From contig OZ024746.1 in NCBI GenBank assembly GCA_964016885.1, forward strand, positions 62,496,001 through 62,560,000: a stretch of 64,000 nt of DNA, written 5' to 3'. Both the position numbers and the translations under genes were made by a program. The notes under the pieces are model-generated. The model was not told the origin of the DNA. It made no database searches and saw only the letters and a program-made list of their open reading frames with translations. Below are positions 1-12,903 of the stretch, one piece after another; position 1 is the stretch's first letter; each line of letters opens with the position of its first letter. The DNA is from Eledone cirrhosa (Eukaryota).

Positions 1-3
1 TGT

Positions 4-244
4 TTAACCCTTTAGCATTTACATTACTCTATATATACTATTGTATTTACTATTACATTTTCATGGTAAAGGCTTCACCTCACATAATTATCTCACATAA
101 TATCAAATCTACGAGATTTTGATATTATTTAGGTTGAGAACAATACTTTAACATCACTATGAATGGCCAGTTACAGTTGGTTCGAACAGAAAGAGGTGAG
201 AGAATTCTGGCTGGATATGGCCAGTTTAAATGCTAAAGGGTTAA
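4..244. mobile_element. piggyBac-like MITE, family A (TTAA-CCCTTTAGCATTTA TIR)
   Basis: TTAACCCTTTAGCATTTA...TAAATGCTAAAGGGTTAA; ten copies seen in the window. Confidence 0.85.
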
Positions 245-1274
245 AAGGAACAGAAACTACCTTTACGACCCCAGTCATAGAGGGACAGTGCCAGCTAAGA
301 ACACACCCCATTTTCTATACCAGACCAGTAAAAATAAATATAAACCATAACATTCTGTTAATCAATGTTTGATTGATATATGTAGGTAGGAGGAAATTCC
401 AGAGAATTGGCAATCTAAGGGAAAATGACTGAATAAGTGCTTCCCTATACAGGCATGTATATCGTTGTATGAGAACATTCATTTATTCTCTTGCTGGTTT
501 CAATCAGAATATTTATACACATGTACAAACACAATTGAAGAAGGCAAACTGGTTTAAAAGATTTTGTAGAGATGAAAAGAAAATTATCTCAAGAATACAA
601 TTAGCCAAAACACAAACTAATCAAAACCAAATATATGATTTTCTACTATTCAAAAATGTATACACATATTTATTATAATGTTGTTGAAGTATGTATACAT
701 TTTTTGGAACAACCTGTATGTATTGCTAATTACTGAGTAGCTTATCCATGATAGTTATGTTTTGATGTCTTGTTGATAAGCAGGTGGAAGCAGGTAAGAG
801 CACTCTACGTCAGCCATATATATCGAACATTACAATGGCAATCAAACAGGGTTTCTATGTATGATGTAATGTTATGATTACATAATTGTATTTATGTAAT
901 CTTAACATTTATCTTAACGTTTCTCTATATATATATATGTGCTCTCTCTCTCTCTCTCTCGAGAGAGAGAGAGAGAGAGCGCGAGAGAGAGCACAAAAAG
1001 CATATTTAAAGGATCTGTTTTTCTTTTTTCTTCTTTGACATTATTGAAAAAAATAGGAGGAACGATTTTTTTTTTTAAAAAGAAGTTTTATAATGTATAT
1101 AAAATATATAAAATGTAACCAGTTTCGATGTATCAGTGAAATCCATCTTATCAAATGTTGAGTATTAGAATTAAAAAGAATTAAAAATTAAAGATTTAAA
1201 ATTAAGTGTTGAGGCAGGTTTGTTCATCTTTCTTGCTGAGAAGATCTAAAGTGGAATCTTATGTTATATAGAGA

Positions 1275-1321
<47 letters not shown>

Positions 1322-1399
1322 TATATATATTTACAAGGTAAATTATATGAGTTGATGTTAAAGCTCTAATGTAATTTTGTCAATATCCACATTGACGAA

Positions 1400-1750
1400 A
1401 AAGGGTTCAGAGATAAATCCAATTAGTATATTTCCAGTCACTGTAGATTTACTAATCACAGAGCATATATAACAAATATAGGATCTCCAAGGCATAGCAA
1501 TATGGCACAATTATTCCACCTCAATTGGCCCTGCTCACTTTAACATTACACCAAAACACATTAAAACAGAAACAAACCCCATAAAGTTCAAGAAGTCTTT
1601 GGACAAATTCCTTCAAGAAATCCCAGATATGTCTCTGTAAACAATAACTCTCTGGGCCATGGTGTTCAAATCCTGATTTGAAAGACTTCGCCAAGTGGTG
1701 CTATTGAGTTAGACATGGCCTGGGCCAATTATGGCCGAAAACTATCAAAG
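1400..1750 (+). mobile_element. CR1/L2-group LINE 3' fragment
   Basis: 1521-1640 translates as SIGPAHFNITPKHIKTETNPIKFKKSLDKFLQEIPD, resembling the CR1-group ORF2 C-terminus. Confidence 0.65.
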
Positions 1751-2061
1751 GGGTGTGTGTGTATATATACGTAACACTTGAAACCATCTATGGAGATTTG
1801 ATTCCAATATCCCTTGGACTCAAGCAAAAGAGACTACAGTTTGCTGGTCACTGTCATTGAGCCAACAAAGAAATCATATCATCTCTCCTTCTGTGCCATC
1901 CCTCTGGATGTGTCTATTCACGAAAACTGTCTTTCCCAGACACCATAGCTCGGGACTCAGGGTTGGACATAAGGAATCTGGGGACAGCAATGCAGGACTG
2001 AGCAGTGTGGAAAGGGATTGTCAAGAGAGTTTGTACTGACCACAGAGGAGTAGTGGAAGAG

Positions 2062-2094
<33 letters not shown>

Positions 2095-2533
2095 GTGCAA
2101 GATCAATGATAATTAAAAAAAACCCAGTAAATTCAACCACCGAGAACACACTACAATGACTGTTGATAGTTTAACACTTAAATTGAAGAAGAAAAACTGT
2201 GTGATTGTGTCAGTATTGGATGTTAAATGATGTGTATGATGATGTTAGTTAGGTATTACATTTTTATTTTTAGTTAAAAATGTTCCCCCTTCCCTTAGTT
2301 ACTAGAAGAAAAATAAAATAGTGATCTGTTATTCCAAAACAATTAGATTTTAGACAGAAAGGAATTAACAGAATTGGTAAAGTTTTATAAATAGATTAAA
2401 ATGAAAGTAATTGATTATATAGATTATTTAGTATGTTCCTTTGAACCTATTAGAACTTATATTTATATATTTGTTCAAATGTGTTGTTCAGCCTTATATA
2501 TATATATATGTGTGTGATATTTAATATAGAAAT

Positions 2534-2584
2534 GATTTCTACAGGACTAGAACTGTTACATTCAAAGGAAATCATCAGGAAATC
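2534..2584 (-). ncRNA. Hammerhead-like motif (second family), degenerate
   Basis: Minus strand reads gatttc-CTGATGA-tttcctttgaat-GTAA-cag-ttctagtc-ctg-TA-gaaatc, with a 6-bp stem I. Confidence 0.5.
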
Positions 2585-2590
2585 CCATAT

Positions 2591-2932
2591 ATCATCATCA
2601 TCATCATCATTTTACGTCCGCTTTTCCCTGCTTGCAAGGGTGGGACGGGAACTGATTCTGGCTTGATTTCTATAGCTGGATGCCCTTCCTAACACCAACC
2701 TCATTTACAGTGAGTGCTGGGTGCTTTTTTGCCGTGGCACCTCCACGACCACTTTGGAGTGGAATGATAGGGACCCCAGTCCCTATCATCTCATTTTTAC
2801 AGCTGAGTAAACTGGAGCAATGTGAAATAAAGTGTCTTGCTCAAGGAAACAACACATCACTCGGTCTGAGAATTGAACTCACAACCTTTCAATTGCAAGG
2901 CCAATGCTCTAACCACTAAGCCATGTGCCTCC

Positions 2933-2933
<1 letters not shown>
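2591..2933 (-). mobile_element. tRNA-derived CORE-SINE with RTE tail (copy 1)
   Basis: Minus strand shows A box TGGCTTAGTGG, B box GTTCAATTC and CORE-like CCTTGAGCAAGACACTT...CTGTAAAAATG. It also has the RTE 5'UTR-like block, a 40-nt tail identical to the LINE end, and (GAT)n. Confidence 0.9.
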
Positions 2934-3020
<87 letters not shown>

Positions 3021-3559
3021 GAGCAGAAGAGAGGGAAAGGGGAAAGAGGTAGTGAAAGGTAGTGGTGAGAGAAATGAAACAAGAGGTGGGAGGGGGGGGG
3101 GGGTTAAAAAGTAGAAGAATGGAATTAAAAAGGAAGATGAAAGACGAGATGGAAGTATGCAGTACAGGTGTGCATGAGTTGTTGCAGGTGTGTGTTTGTG
3201 ATGTCATATAAAACATTAATGGATGTGAAGCTAAAAAAAATAAAGGTAAAGAAAAAAAGGAAAAAAAAACAAAAACAAAAAACAAAAAGAAAGAACGTAA
3301 GGGAAGTCACTCTGCAGTCACTTAACCTGCTAGAAATAGAAACTAAATCTTACATAAATCACAACTGTAGGTCCCAAGAAATATTGTGCTTTTAGATATA
3401 AAATGTCTGATGTGCCATTATAAACGAAAATAAGGGTGCATCAGTGTGGTTGCCTGATTGGCTAGAAATAGAAGTCATATCGCCCTCAAATCACACTGTC
3501 TTAAAAGAATGGAAGGTCATATTAGATATTGTACTTTTCAGTAAACCATGCCAGATGTC

Positions 3560-4010
3560 ATTATCATGATGATGCTGATGATGATGATGATGATGGTAGT
3601 GGGAAGAAGTCGGTGTGGTGGTGATGGTGAGGACAGTAGTTGTGATGGTGGTGATGGTGATGGAGGTGGTGGTGGCAGTGGGTATGGTAGTAGTGGTGGT
3701 GATGGCAGTGGGTATGGTGGTGGTAGCAGTGGGTATGGTGGTGGTGGTAGTGGGGGCAGTGGGTATGGTGGTGGTGGTGGTGGTGATGGCAGTGGGTATG
3801 GTGGTGGTGGTGGTGGTGGTGGTGGTGGTGATGGCAGTGGGTATGGTGGTGGTGATATGGTGGTGGTGGTGGTGGCAGTGGGTATGGTGGTGGTGGTGAT
3901 GGCAGTGGTGATATGGTGGTGGTGGTGGTGGTGGTGGTGGCAGTGGGTATGGTGATGGTGGTTGTGGTGGAAGTGGGTATGGTGGTGGTGGTGGTGATGG
4001 TGGTGGTGAT
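3560..4010. repeat. (GGT)n-derived minisatellite with GGCAGTGGGTAT motif
   Basis: Visible tandem units. Confidence 0.9.
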
Positions 4011-4283
4011 AAAGAGGATCACATTCAAGGTTGGTTATATAATACAACTTGCTGGGTGCAACTTTTACTGACTGACTGATTTGTTTAACCTGATTTGTGT
4101 GTGTATAGAGTGTGTGTATAGAGTGTGTGTATAGTGTGTGGGATGTGTAAACAATGAACAAGAAAGAAAGAGATAGTGAGAGGGAGAGAGGGGGGAGTGT
4201 TAGGCTGCAAGGTACTGTGTGTGTGCGTGTGTGTATATATGTATATACTCACACACGTGTATATGTGTGTGTGTGTGAGTGTA

Positions 4284-4328
<45 letters not shown>

Positions 4329-4606
4329 GTGTATGTTTGTACATAGAGAGACAGAGAGAGATAGTTGTAATGCAGAGCATGGTATATATATATAGTAAAC
4401 TGAGACAGACATATATATATATATATACACACTTGTGTAACACAACTGACTAATTTAACTTGGTGTGTGCATAATGTACAACAGAAATAGGCAGTGACTG
4501 CATGTGTGTGTGGTTGCATATAAGTCTAGTATGCATGTGCATATGAACACCATCACACAGACATAAACATGCACACACAAACAGAATTGCACATGGAATA
4601 GATAGC

Positions 4607-4672
<66 letters not shown>

Positions 4673-5268
4673 TATAACAAATAAAAGCAAGAATTTTAAA
4701 ATAGCATGTGGAGGGGTGCCTCACCACTCCAATATAGTTCAACAAGATTAGTGTTAGTTGTACCTTTATGATATATAGAAAGCTTGCAAAACTAAAGGTT
4801 AGACGAACCCTCCAGTTGCCAGAAACATGACAGTCTCTCTGGTGCTGGTGCCATATAAAAAAAATGCACTTGGTAGAACACAGAACCATGTCAGTGCCCC
4901 CACTGCTGCTTCAGTACAGAAGACATGTCCAACCCATTAATTGATGATGTTAATTAATATATAAATAAAACATCTTGAAATGTATTTACTTTTTGTTAAT
5001 TAATTTATTAACTATATAATATTTAAATAAGGAGGATAAATTACATATCGAGAGATGGAAAAAGGTGGGCACATCTTCAGATGTGTGGTTCAATTCCCAC
5101 AGGTATCGCCATCCAGCTAACCCCACCTTATTCAGCTATTTTATGGTTAATATATGAATTGCACCAGCTTTTCACAACGAAAAGTAAATTTCGGAACATG
5201 CCTAATTTCTTCATAAAACTTATGTGTGCGCGCGCACACACACAATATATATATATATATATATATAT

Positions 5269-5705
5269 ATCATCATCATCATCACCGTTTTACGTCCGTT
5301 CTTCCACGCTAGCATGGGTTAGACGGCTTGTCCTGTTGTGGGCAGTGTCTGGTCGGCTGACTATGCCTTGCTCATACAGGAACTGATTTGGCTTGATTTC
5401 TACAGCTGGATGCCCTTCCTAACACCAACCTCATTTACGGTGAGTGCTGGGTGCTTTTTCGTGGCGCCTACACGTCCACTTTACAGTGTGGGCTGGGTGC
5501 TTTTTTGCCGTGGCACCTCCACGACCACCTTGCGGTGGGGGGTGTGGGGGGCATATTGTCTATATGCTTCAGCTTGTACCCTTGGGAGGTCGGGTACTCT
5601 GTATTACTGCGTGACGCCAGAAGTCACGGTCGTGTGTCATTGCCTTTGAGAGGTGTAATTGGGTACGGTCAGCTTTTATCACCTCATCCCAGGTCATCTT
5701 GGGTC

Positions 5706-5706
<1 letters not shown>
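5269..5706 (-). mobile_element. 5'-truncated RTE LINE, family 2
   Basis: Encodes PKMTWDEVIKAD...DRDFWRHAV, followed by a long 3' UTR, CCATGCTAGCGTGG stem and (GAT)n; lies in (TA)n. Confidence 0.88.
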
Positions 5707-5737
<31 letters not shown>

Positions 5738-5748
5738 TATCTTGGGTC

Positions 5749-5780
<32 letters not shown>

Positions 5781-5791
5781 TATCTTGGGTC

Positions 5792-5823
<32 letters not shown>

Positions 5824-6071
5824 TATATTATATATATATAGTGAAAGAGTGAAGAATAACATGGTCAACAGTACATTGACCATGTTATTCTTCACTCTTT
5901 CACTATTATTACTCCAAGATTAACTGGCAACGGAATTCCCGAGAACTCACAAACTCGCTACCTAAGGAAACCTCTTGTTGAGTCAAACAACGCCGTATGA
6001 TAAAACTATCCATAATACAGAGTATTCACAACCTCTAACTGGATTACCTATAACGATAATTTGTTATCCCA

Positions 6072-6116
<45 letters not shown>

Positions 6117-6206
6117 CCTTTAGCTATGTAAGTTCAACATACTAACACAAACTCAGTTTGCCTAGTCCGATACACTTTACATATAAATATATATATATAT
6201 ATATAT

Positions 6207-6754
6207 TGAGAGAGAGACTGAGCATAAGAGGAATCAAATGCTGTGTGCAGGAGAGGCGGTTGCGTTGGTATGGACATGTGATGCGTATGAAGGATGACAG
6301 CTTCATAAAAAGGTGCAGAGCACTAGAAGTTGATGAAAACCGCGGAGTGGGGAGACCCAAGAAGACCTGGGATGAGGTGATAAAAGCCGACCTTACCCAA
6401 TTACACCTCTCAAAGGCGATGACACACGACCGTGACCTCTGGCGTCATGCAGTAATACAGAAGACCCGACTCCCCACGGGTACAAACCGAAGCTGAAGCA
6501 TATAGACAATATGCCCCCACACCCTCCCACTGCAAAGTCATCGTGGAGGCGCCACGGCAAAAAAAGCACCCAGCCCACACTGTAAATGAGGTTGGTGTTA
6601 GGGAGGGCATCCAGCTGTAGAAATCAAGCCAGAATCAGTTCCCGTATAAGCAAGGCATGGTCAGCCGACAGGCTACTGCCCACAACAGGACAACCTGTCT
6701 AACCCATGCTAGCATGGAACAACGGACGTAAAACGGTGATGATGATGATGATGA
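6207..6754 (+). mobile_element. 5'-truncated RTE LINE, family 2
   Basis: Encodes [13 protein letters not shown]...GRPKKTW...DRDLWRHAV, followed by 3' UTR and (GAT)n; (TA)n on both sides. Confidence 0.9.
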
Positions 6755-7149
6755 TATATATATAATAAATTAAGGTGTTTGCTCCAACATAGCTGTATAC
6801 ATATACATGTATGTAAAGTTTGTATATCAAATAATATACAACATGTTTACAAATAAACATTTGAAAGCCTTTAACTATGAATTTAGCAGAAGCAAGGAGG
6901 AAGTCACCGACAGCTGGTTCTGTATTCCTCACTTCCTACTGGAACTCAAATAAGCTGCAAACATATAGTTTTAACACTTATGTATACGGGCTTGATTAGC
7001 CTCCATTGAATATGGAGCTGTAGGCTGGCTTGGCCTGAACAAGCAATAGAATTAAGGTGTTCACTCCAACATAGCTGTATACATATATATACATATAGTT
7101 ACATACATATATACATACATATTTATAGATTGGAAAAGGGATGCTCAGG

Positions 7150-7342
7150 AAAGCTCTGGATGATAGGATCAAGGTTGTTCTCATGAAGGAGATGACTCAA
7201 GACTGGAGTCAAGTGAAAACATGTCGTACTCCAGATGGTTTCCCATTTCACACGAACTGGGTGAAACACGAGAAAAAGGAAGACAGCTTGTCTAAGCCAT
7301 ACATGCATAGAAAATAGGTGTTAAACGATGATGATGATGATG
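7150..7342 (+). mobile_element. Degenerate RTE-type 3' end
   Basis: ...CCATACATGCATAGAAAATAGGTGTTAAAC(GAT)n tail. Confidence 0.5.
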
Positions 7343-7689
7343 ACACACACACACACACACATACACACACAAATACTACCACATTCTCAACTACAGAGCC
7401 TTTACAGTCACATAACCTGCTAGAATTAGCAGCCAAACCTCACCCAAATCACAGCCTAATATTTTTCAAATGGAATGAGGCAGTAGATAATATAGTTGTT
7501 GATATACATACAGTACACCTTATATATAAAAATGGGCAGGATATTCATAGACTTCAATGCTTTTGATCATAGGCTTGCTCTGTTTAATGCTGACCCAGGA
7601 CTACAACAACAACAACAACACATTGTATTACATTCTCAGATGACACTTTCCATGCTAAAAGATCAGCTGATATCTTACACAACTTCAAG

Positions 7690-8210
7690 TAGAGAGTGAG
7701 GAGTGGGGGGGAGAGAGAGGAGAGATGAGTAAGGGGTGTAGAGAGATAGGGGAGGGGAGTGGGGTGGGTGGGGAGATAGGGACGGGGAGTGGGGTGGGTG
7801 GGGAGATAGGGACGGGGAGTAGGGTGGGTGGGGAGATAGGGGAGTAAGGGGGTGGAGAGAGAGGGGAGAGGAGTAAGGGGTGAGAGGGGAGAGAGGAGTA
7901 AGGGGTGAGGGTGGAGAGAGAGGTGGAGATGAGCGGGGGTGGAGAAAGGAGTAAGGGGGTGAGGGTGGGGAGAGGATGAATTGGGGTGAGGGTGGAAGGT
8001 GATGGTGGAGAGAGAGATGGAGAGGAGTGGGGGTGGAGAGAGGAGTAAGGGCTGAGGGTGGAGAGAGAGGGGGTGGGGGTGGAGAGAGGGGGAGAGGATG
8101 AATTGGGGTGAGGGTGGAAAGAGAGGTGGAGAGGAGTGGGGTGGAGAGAGGAGTAAGGGGTGAGGGTGGAAGGGGGGGGGGGGGGGGGGGGGGGGGATAT
8201 AGGGGAGGTG
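7690..8210. repeat. G/A-rich polypurine minisatellite with poly-G
   Basis: GGGGTGGAGAGAGGAGTAAG-like units. Confidence 0.85.
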
Positions 8211-8529
8211 CAGAAAGACCCCAGGAGAAACATACTGTTGTCTTTGTCTTACAGACACAGCTAAATAATGCATGAACATGTTCAGGTACTTCACATAAAT
8301 TTCACGTGTGTGTCTGTGTGTGTGTGGTTTATGCAAGGCTCTGCTGCAGTGAAATAACCCCCCCCCCCCCCACACACATATACACACACACTCACACATC
8401 CACACACACACACACACATACACACACATCCACACACTTCTGCCTTATATCAGCATTCAAGTCATTTCAATTCAGTGAAATAAGCTAAGAGCAAAACAAG
8501 CACACAAGTACACACTATTCAGGTAGTCA

Positions 8530-8680
8530 ATGTGTGTGTGTCTATATATGTGTGTGTGTATGTGTGTGTGTATATATATATATGTCTCTATATGTGTATG
8601 TGTGTGTATATATATATATATATATGTCTCTATATGTGTGTGTATGTGTGTGTGTATATATATATGTCTCTATATGTGTA

Positions 8681-8711
<31 letters not shown>

Positions 8712-8870
8712 GTCTCTATATGTGTGTGTGTATGTATGTGCATATATATATGTCTGTGTATGTGTGTGTATATATATATATATATATGTCTCTATATGTG
8801 TATCTATATATATATATATATATATGTCTCTATATGTGTATCTATATATATATATATATATATATGTCTC

Positions 8871-8920
<50 letters not shown>

Positions 8921-8945
8921 TCTATATGTGTATGTATATATATAT
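8530..8945. repeat. (TA)/(TG) compound satellite with TATGTCTCTATATGTG motif
   Basis: Visible tandem units. Confidence 0.9.
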
Positions 8946-9951
8946 TCTATATGTATGTTCACATATACATACACACCGATAAGTTTTAGAAAGAAATTTC
9001 ATGTTTGTACATATTTAAATGCATTACGGGTATTACGGTGTCTATCATATCTTTTCTGTTTTTGCTTCTCTATTTTTTTTATCACATCATTCAAGTACAT
9101 TTAAATTCATTGAGATAAGCCAGGAGAAGTATCATCTTCATTAATCAAAGTTTTTCAACTCACTTTATTATATACTTCATTTGAATTTAGTATTCAGAAC
9201 ACTCCCACCGGTATTTTCTGCTCAGCCATATTGGTGAAGTATCATTTTAAATTGATCCATAGAACAAACATACAAAAAGATAGTTCTTTTTTTTCTCTCT
9301 CTCTTTTTAAAAAAAAACAACTAAAAATGAAGGCTTGCAGGCTTTAAAGGAATAGGTAAGAGGTATGATATAATTAAAAATACTCCAATTAGGAACTAAA
9401 ACACTATAATAATAATATATAAAAAAAATTAAAAAAATAGAAAATGGTTTCAAGCTCCCTGCTCCTACTTGTTTGTTGAACACAGAAATAGCAGCCGCAA
9501 ATCTACCTCAAATCAAATCCTACCAGCTTGAAGAAATGAAGGACATTAGATATTGCAGTCCAGGGTACATAATGCTTGACAAAAAGAATGAGATGGTCAT
9601 AATTGGAACATCTTTGATCAAGACACTTTATTTCACGTTGCTCCAGTTTACTCAGTTGTAGAAATGGGTGGCAGTAGTTCCAGCTGCATGTTTTGAAAGA
9701 CTGGTGTAGTGGTTCTGAGAACAATGTGGCTTTGCAGATGATCAATGCAAATTGACAATGGAAAGGCGCTCCTGCTCAAGTTAGAAGAGAACTATTGACC
9801 TTCAGGAGAAGCAGTGACTCCTGATTGTATTCAGCAACTGAAACAAATATGAAGTACACCAGATCCAATGATCCTAGGGGCGGTCCTGGTTCTTCTTATT
9901 TGCGAGTATAAACTCGGCCAGATTATATTAGATTGATCAAGAGTCGCCTGT

Positions 9952-10049
9952 TTAACCTTTACCATTTACATTACTTATTATTGAATTTTTGTGGTAAAGG
10001 CTTTTACCTCACATAATTATCTCACATATCGAAGTTACGAGATTTTGAT
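9952..10049. mobile_element. MITE family A, left half of a split copy
   Basis: Matches the first ~120 bp of 4-244 and ends at GAGATTTTGAT. Confidence 0.7.
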
Positions 10050-10895
10050 GGCGGTGTTGGTGGTAGTGGTCGTTTGTGGTGGTGTTGATGGTGGCGGTGG
10101 TGGGGTTGGTGGTAGTGGTCGTTTGTGGTGGTGTTGATGGTGGCGGTGGTGGGGTTGGTGGTAGTGGTCGTTTGTGGTGGTGTTGATGGTGGCGGTGGTG
10201 GGGTTGGTGGTAGTGGTCGTTTGTGGTGGTGTTGATGGTGGCGGTGGTGGGGTTGGTGGTAGTGGTCGTTTGTGGTGGTGTTGATGGTGGCGGTGGCGGT
10301 GTTGTTGGTAGTGGTCGTTTGTGGTGGTGTTGATGGTGGCGGTGGCGGTGTTGCTGGTAGTGGTCGTTTGTGGTGGTGTTGATGGTGGCGGTGGCGGTGT
10401 TGGTGGTAGTGGTCGTTTGTGGTGGTGTTGATGGTGGCGGTGGGGTTGGTGGTAGTGGTCGTTTGTGGTGGTGTTGATGGTGGCGGTGGTGGGGTTGGTG
10501 GTAGTGGTCGTTTGTGGTGGTGTTGATGGTGGCGGTGGGGTTGGTGGTAGTGGTCGTTTGTGGTGGTGTTGATGGTGGCGGTGGTGGGGTTGGTGGTAGT
10601 GGTCGTTTGTGGTGGTGTTGATGGTGGCGGTGGCGGTGTTGGTGGTAGTGGTCGTTTGTGGTGGTGTTGATGGTGGCGGTGGTGGGGTTGGTGGTAGTGG
10701 TCGTTTGTGGTGGTGTTGATGGTGGCGGTGGTGGGGTTGGTGGTAGTGGTCGTTTGTGGTGGTGTTGATGGTGGCGGTGGTGGGGTTGGTGGTAGTGGTC
10801 GTTTGTGGTGGTGTTGATGGTGGCGGTGGTGGGGTTGGTGGTAGTGGTCGTTTGTGGTGGTGTTGATGGTGGCGGTGGTGGGGTTGGTGGTGTTG
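10050..10895. repeat. 49-bp minisatellite, about 17 units
   Basis: GGTGGTAGTGGTCGTTTGTGGTGGTGTTGATGGTGGCGGTGGTGGGGTT. Confidence 0.95.
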
Positions 10896-11408
10896 CTGAT
10901 GATGGTGTTAGCGTTGGTGGTGGTGGTGGTGGTCGTCGTCGTCGTTGTTTTCGTGGTGACGATGTATTTGGCCCGGTGTTGTCTATGAGGGTGGTGGTCG
11001 TTTGTGGTGGCGACTTTCTATCAGTATTAGAGACTTTGTAATTGCTATGGTACTGTGCAGCTATTGTGGGGTGGGGTGTGGTACGGTGGGGTAGGGTATT
11101 GGTCTTGGTGATGATGTGTGTGTGTGGTGGTGGTGAGTAACAGTGTTAGGTGCTTGAGGTGGTTGTGGTGTTCATGGTGATACTTATGGCGGTCAGTACT
11201 GTAGTTCGTGATGACGATTGTGATTGCTTAGGTGATATAGTAACGATGTCGATGTTGATGTTGATGGTGATGACGACGGCGATGGTGGCGTCTGGTGGCG
11301 GTGGGGATGGTTTTCTTGTTTGTAGTGAGAATGCTCGTATCTGTCATGGCTGCCACTCAGAATAGAAGATGTGCGGTCACATCAAAAGTAGCGTCGTAAC
11401 TACACATC

Positions 11409-11461
<53 letters not shown>

Positions 11462-11507
11462 CAAAAGTAGCATCTTAACTACACCTCATATATACATACA
11501 CATACAC

Positions 11508-11558
<51 letters not shown>

Positions 11559-11564
11559 ACATAT

Positions 11565-11611
<47 letters not shown>

Positions 11612-11643
11612 ACATATATATATATATATATATATATGTATAC

Positions 11644-11702
<59 letters not shown>

Positions 11703-11708
11703 CATAAA

Positions 11709-11800
11709 CAGGGTGTCCCCCAAAATGTATACATACTTCAACAGCATTCTAATAAATATTGCCTGTACAAATGTGTGTATACATGTTCTGGGGCAACCTG
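11709..11800. mobile_element. Tc1/mariner-like ~90-bp MITE
   Basis: CAGGGTGTCCCC-AAAATGTATAC...GTATACATGTTCTGGGGCAACCTG. Relatives at about 650-716, 40725-40799, 45798-45900, 47871-47970 and 50719-50819, mostly in TA context. Confidence 0.7.
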
Positions 11801-11801
11801 A

Positions 11802-11924
<123 letters not shown>

Positions 11925-12249
11925 AGAGAGAGAACGAGTGGAGCACACACACATACAGAATCATGCACATTCACACGCACACACATAGATATATAGATAT
12001 TCATACACATATACACATTCACAAACTAACACACATACATAAACACACACTTACCTACTTTATCAGTTTCTCCGTTGCCATCCGCTTTCTCTCTCCTTGA
12101 CCAATAACTTCTCCCTCTATCTCTCCTCCTCCTCTTACTTCGTCACCTTTCTTGTTTTACTTTACCAATGTCGTCGTCATCATCATCATCATCACCACAA
12201 CTATAACCATTAGCTTCATCATCATCATCATTATCAACATCTTCGCATT

Positions 12250-12682
12250 ATCATCATCATCATAACCACGGCTGTAATCATCACCATCGTCACCATCATC
12301 ATCATAACCACGGCTGTAATCATCACCATCGTCACCATCATCATCATAACCACGGCTGTAATCATCACCATCGACATCAACATCATCTTAACCACGGCTG
12401 TAATCATCACCATCGTCACCATCATCATCATAACCACGGCTGTAATCATCACCATCGACATCAACATCATCTTAACCACGGCTGTAATCATCACCATCGT
12501 CACCATCATCATCATAACCACGGCTGTAATCATCACCATCGACATCAACATCATCTTAACCACGGCTGTAATCATCACCATCGACATCAACATCATCTTA
12601 ACCACGGCTGTAATCATCACCATCGTCACCATCATCATCATAACCACGGCTGTAATCATCACCATCGACATCAACATCATCT
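12250..12682. repeat. 42-bp minisatellite, about 10 units in two variants
   Basis: ACCACGGCTGTAATCATCACCATCG followed by TCACCATCATCATCATA or ACATCAACATCATCTTA. Confidence 0.95.
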
Positions 12683-12744
12683 TCTTCTCCCCCTCCAACT
12701 TCTCCATCTTGTTTTTGGCCACTGTTTTCCACACACATTTATTT

Positions 12745-12783
<39 letters not shown>

Positions 12784-12785
<2 letters not shown>

Positions 12786-12903
12786 ATTTAATTTGAGAAC
12801 AATACCTTATCTTTGGTATGAATGGCCAGTTAGGGCTGGTTTGAACAGAAAGAGATAAGAGAATTCTGGTCAGATATGGCCGGTTTAAATGCTAAAGGGC
12901 TAA
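12784..12903. mobile_element. MITE family A, right half of the split copy
   Basis: Resumes at TTATTTAATTTGAGAACAATA and ends TAAATGCTAAAGGGCTAA. Confidence 0.75.

Noticed and set aside
2860-2933. tRNA gene
   Set aside because: A and B boxes are present but continue into CORE and a LINE tail, so this is a SINE head; the same applies to the other copies.
3538-4161. Gly-, Pro- and His-rich ORFs resembling structural or extensin-like proteins
   Set aside because: They are open in several frames on both strands because of the GGT repeat, with no splice or signal-peptide context.
5040-5085. Hammerhead-like CTGAAGA on the minus strand
   Set aside because: No convincing GAAA or stem II/III pairing.
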